NCBI GenBank assembly: GCA_013152275.1
Contig: JAADGS010000070.1
Span: forward strand, 56,623-76,622
Length of the DNA stretch: 20,000 nt
Direction: 5' to 3'
Origin: Actinomycetota bacterium
GTDB taxonomy: Bacteria; Actinomycetota; Acidimicrobiia; Spongiisociales; UBA4744
Shown: one piece after another, positions 18,684 to 20,000 of the stretch
Layout of the letters: every line of letters begins with the position of its first letter
Position numbering within the stretch: the first letter of the stretch is position 1
Translations under genes and position numbers: made by a program
Notes under the pieces: generated by a model
Seen by the model: the letters and a program-made list of their open reading frames with translations, nothing else
Told to the model about the DNA's origin: nothing
Database searches by the model: none

Positions 18684-19364
18684 ATGCAACTCGAGGTTTT
18701 CGCCGACGCCGCGACGCTTGCAGACGAGGCCTCCTCTCTGATCGCCGCTCAGATTCGGAGTGGCATGACCACCCTCGGGCTCGCGGGTGGCAACACGCCG
18801 AGGGCCACCTACGAGCGGCTCAGGAGCCAGGACGTGCCGTGGGACGGTGTCGTGGCGTGGCTCCCCGACGAGCGGTGGGTGCCACCGGGACATCCCGATC
18901 GCAACGCGACGATGGCCTCGACCACTCTCTTCGACCACGTGCCTGCAACGCTCCTCGAGGTCCCGTGGGTCGACGGGCCGGAACAAGCCGCCTTGCTCTA
19001 CGAGGAGGCCCTGCAGGAGGTCCTCCCTTCGGCACATGGACACCCCGGCCCCGACCTCGTGCTACTCGGCCTCGGAGATGACGGCCACACCGCATCATTG
19101 TTCCCCGACACCGCCGCAGTCGATGAACGTGACCGCCTGTACGTCTCCAACTGGGTACCGGCCAAGGACGCGTGGCGGCTCACCGCCACTCTCCCCTTGC
19201 TGTGGGCCGCGCAGCGAATCATCTTCCTCGTCTCGGGTGCAGGCAAGGCGCGGGCCCTCAAGAGCACCCTGCAGGGGGCAGCGTCGACACCTGCGGCGAG
19301 GATGCTGGACGGCGCAGCAGATGTCGTCTGGATGGTCGACAGGGAGGCGGCTCAACTCCTGTGA
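18684..19364 (+). CDS. pgl: 6-phosphogluconolactonase
   Basis: LAGGNTP, DERWVPPGHPDRN, DLVLLGLGDDGHTASLFP, RLTATLP, FLVSGAGKA, WMVDREAA. Start placed at ATG 18684. Confidence 0.93.
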   Translation: MQLEVFADAATLADEASSLIAAQIRSGMTTLGLAGGNTPRATYERLRSQDVPWDGVVAWLPDERWVPPGHPDRNATMASTTLFDHVPATLLEVPWVDGPEQAALLYEEALQEVLPSAHGHPGPDLVLLGLGDDGHTASLFPDTAAVDERDRLYVSNWVPAKDAWRLTATLPLLWAAQRIIFLVSGAGKARALKSTLQGAASTPAARMLDGAADVVWMVDREAAQLL

Positions 19365-19428
19365 AGGACGACACACTTCCCACCGGGCTCGGGGACCTCG
19401 CCGCCGACGCGGCCGTGGGGTGATCGGC

Positions 19429-19455
19429 TCAAGCCCGGGGCGTTCTTGCCGATAT
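19429..19455 (+). promoter_or_regulatory. Sigma28 (FliA/WhiG/SigD)-type promoter
   Basis: TCAAG (19429-19433), 14-nt spacer, GCCGATAT (19448-19455); ends 7 nt before GTG 19463. Confidence 0.65.
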
Positions 19456-19462
19456 CTGACTC

Positions 19463-20000
19463 GTGGACGCTGGGCACGAAACTCGCTCTGGGCTGATAGG
19501 CGCGCTCTTCGCGCTCGTCCTCGGTCTCGCAATGGTTCTGCTCGTCGCCTCGCCGGCGCTTGCAGACGCAACGTCGGACGCAGAAGCCTGCTTTCTCTCC
19601 AAGATCAATGCCGCCAGGACGGCGACCGGTGCACAGACACTCCAGCGGGACGCATCCCTGGCAGGCTACGCACGAATCCATTCGCAGGCCATGGCGGACG
19701 ACGGGAGCATCTACCACTCCACGACCGGTGACCTCGCCCCGTACCTCCCGAGCGACTGGGTGATGTGGGGCGAGAACGTGGGTGTCGGCGGCACGTGCGC
19801 CATACTCTTCGATGCCTTCATGGCCTCTCCCCTCCACAAGGAGAACCTCCTGAACCCGGTGTTCCAGTACGCAGGCATCGGTGTCTACATCGACGTCGAC
19901 GGCACGCTCTGGACGACCCACATCTTCCTGCAACGACAGACCGCGACCACCACGACCACGACCACCACCGCGCCACCCACCACCACCACGACCGCGCCAC
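19463..20000 (+). CDS. Secreted CAP (SCP/PR-1) domain protein with Thr-rich linker (partial, runs off right edge)
   Basis: Absent from the ORF track; translated by hand: signal peptide ...LIGALFALVLGLAMVLLVASPALA/DA, then FLSKINAAR...L..YARIHSQAMA...IYHS...WGENVG...AFMASPLHKENLLNP.F...GIGV...WTTHIF, then TATTTTTTTTAPP. Confidence 0.85.
   Translation, partial: MDAGHETRSGLIGALFALVLGLAMVLLVASPALADATSDAEACFLSKINAARTATGAQTLQRDASLAGYARIHSQAMADDGSIYHSTTGDLAPYLPSDWVMWGENVGVGGTCAILFDAFMASPLHKENLLNPVFQYAGIGVYIDVDGTLWTTHIFLQRQTATTTTTTTTAPPTTTTTAP
19940..20000 (+). repeat. Low-complexity ACC/ACG codon run encoding a Thr/Pro linker
   Basis: Encodes TATTTTTTTTAPPTTTTTAP; the unit ACCGCGCCAC recurs. Confidence 0.8.

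Noticed and set aside
19372..19422. Weak hairpin after pgl (CACTTCCCAC...GTGGGGTG)
   Set aside because: Short and bulged with a long loop; not distinguishable from chance at this GC content.
19940..20000. ACC-rich tandem repeat as a CRISPR array or contingency locus
   Set aside because: In-frame mixed Thr codons forming a linker; no repeat-spacer structure.

Overview
GC-rich, gene-dense housekeeping region. Gene content and order (iscS-mnmA-ligA...gatCAB, Asp-type MurA, actinobacterial DapE, many leaderless starts) suggest an actinobacterium, possibly Acidimicrobiia-like (inference). Left to right: gatB (partial)-gatA-gatC (-); arsC-like reductase (-); glycogen synthase and dodecin (+); dapE-dapD-dapC (-); ligA, mnmA, iscS-like desulfurase (-); TetR-like regulator, enoyl-CoA hydratase, meaB, NifU-domain protein, SpoIID/LytB protein, murA (-); rpiB, pgl and a partial secreted CAP-domain protein (+). 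I saw no mobile element, CRISPR array, tRNA or rRNA, and no clearly new multi-gene system. The most unexplained signal is a near-consensus orphan promoter (TTGAAA-N17-TACTAT) divergent from the TetR gene. It overlaps a palindrome and points into a ~110-nt structured stretch with no gene, a candidate sRNA. Also notable are a sigma28-type promoter before the CAP gene, a fosfomycin-resistance-type Cys-to-Asp MurA, and a repeated hairpin/-10/leaderless-start architecture.
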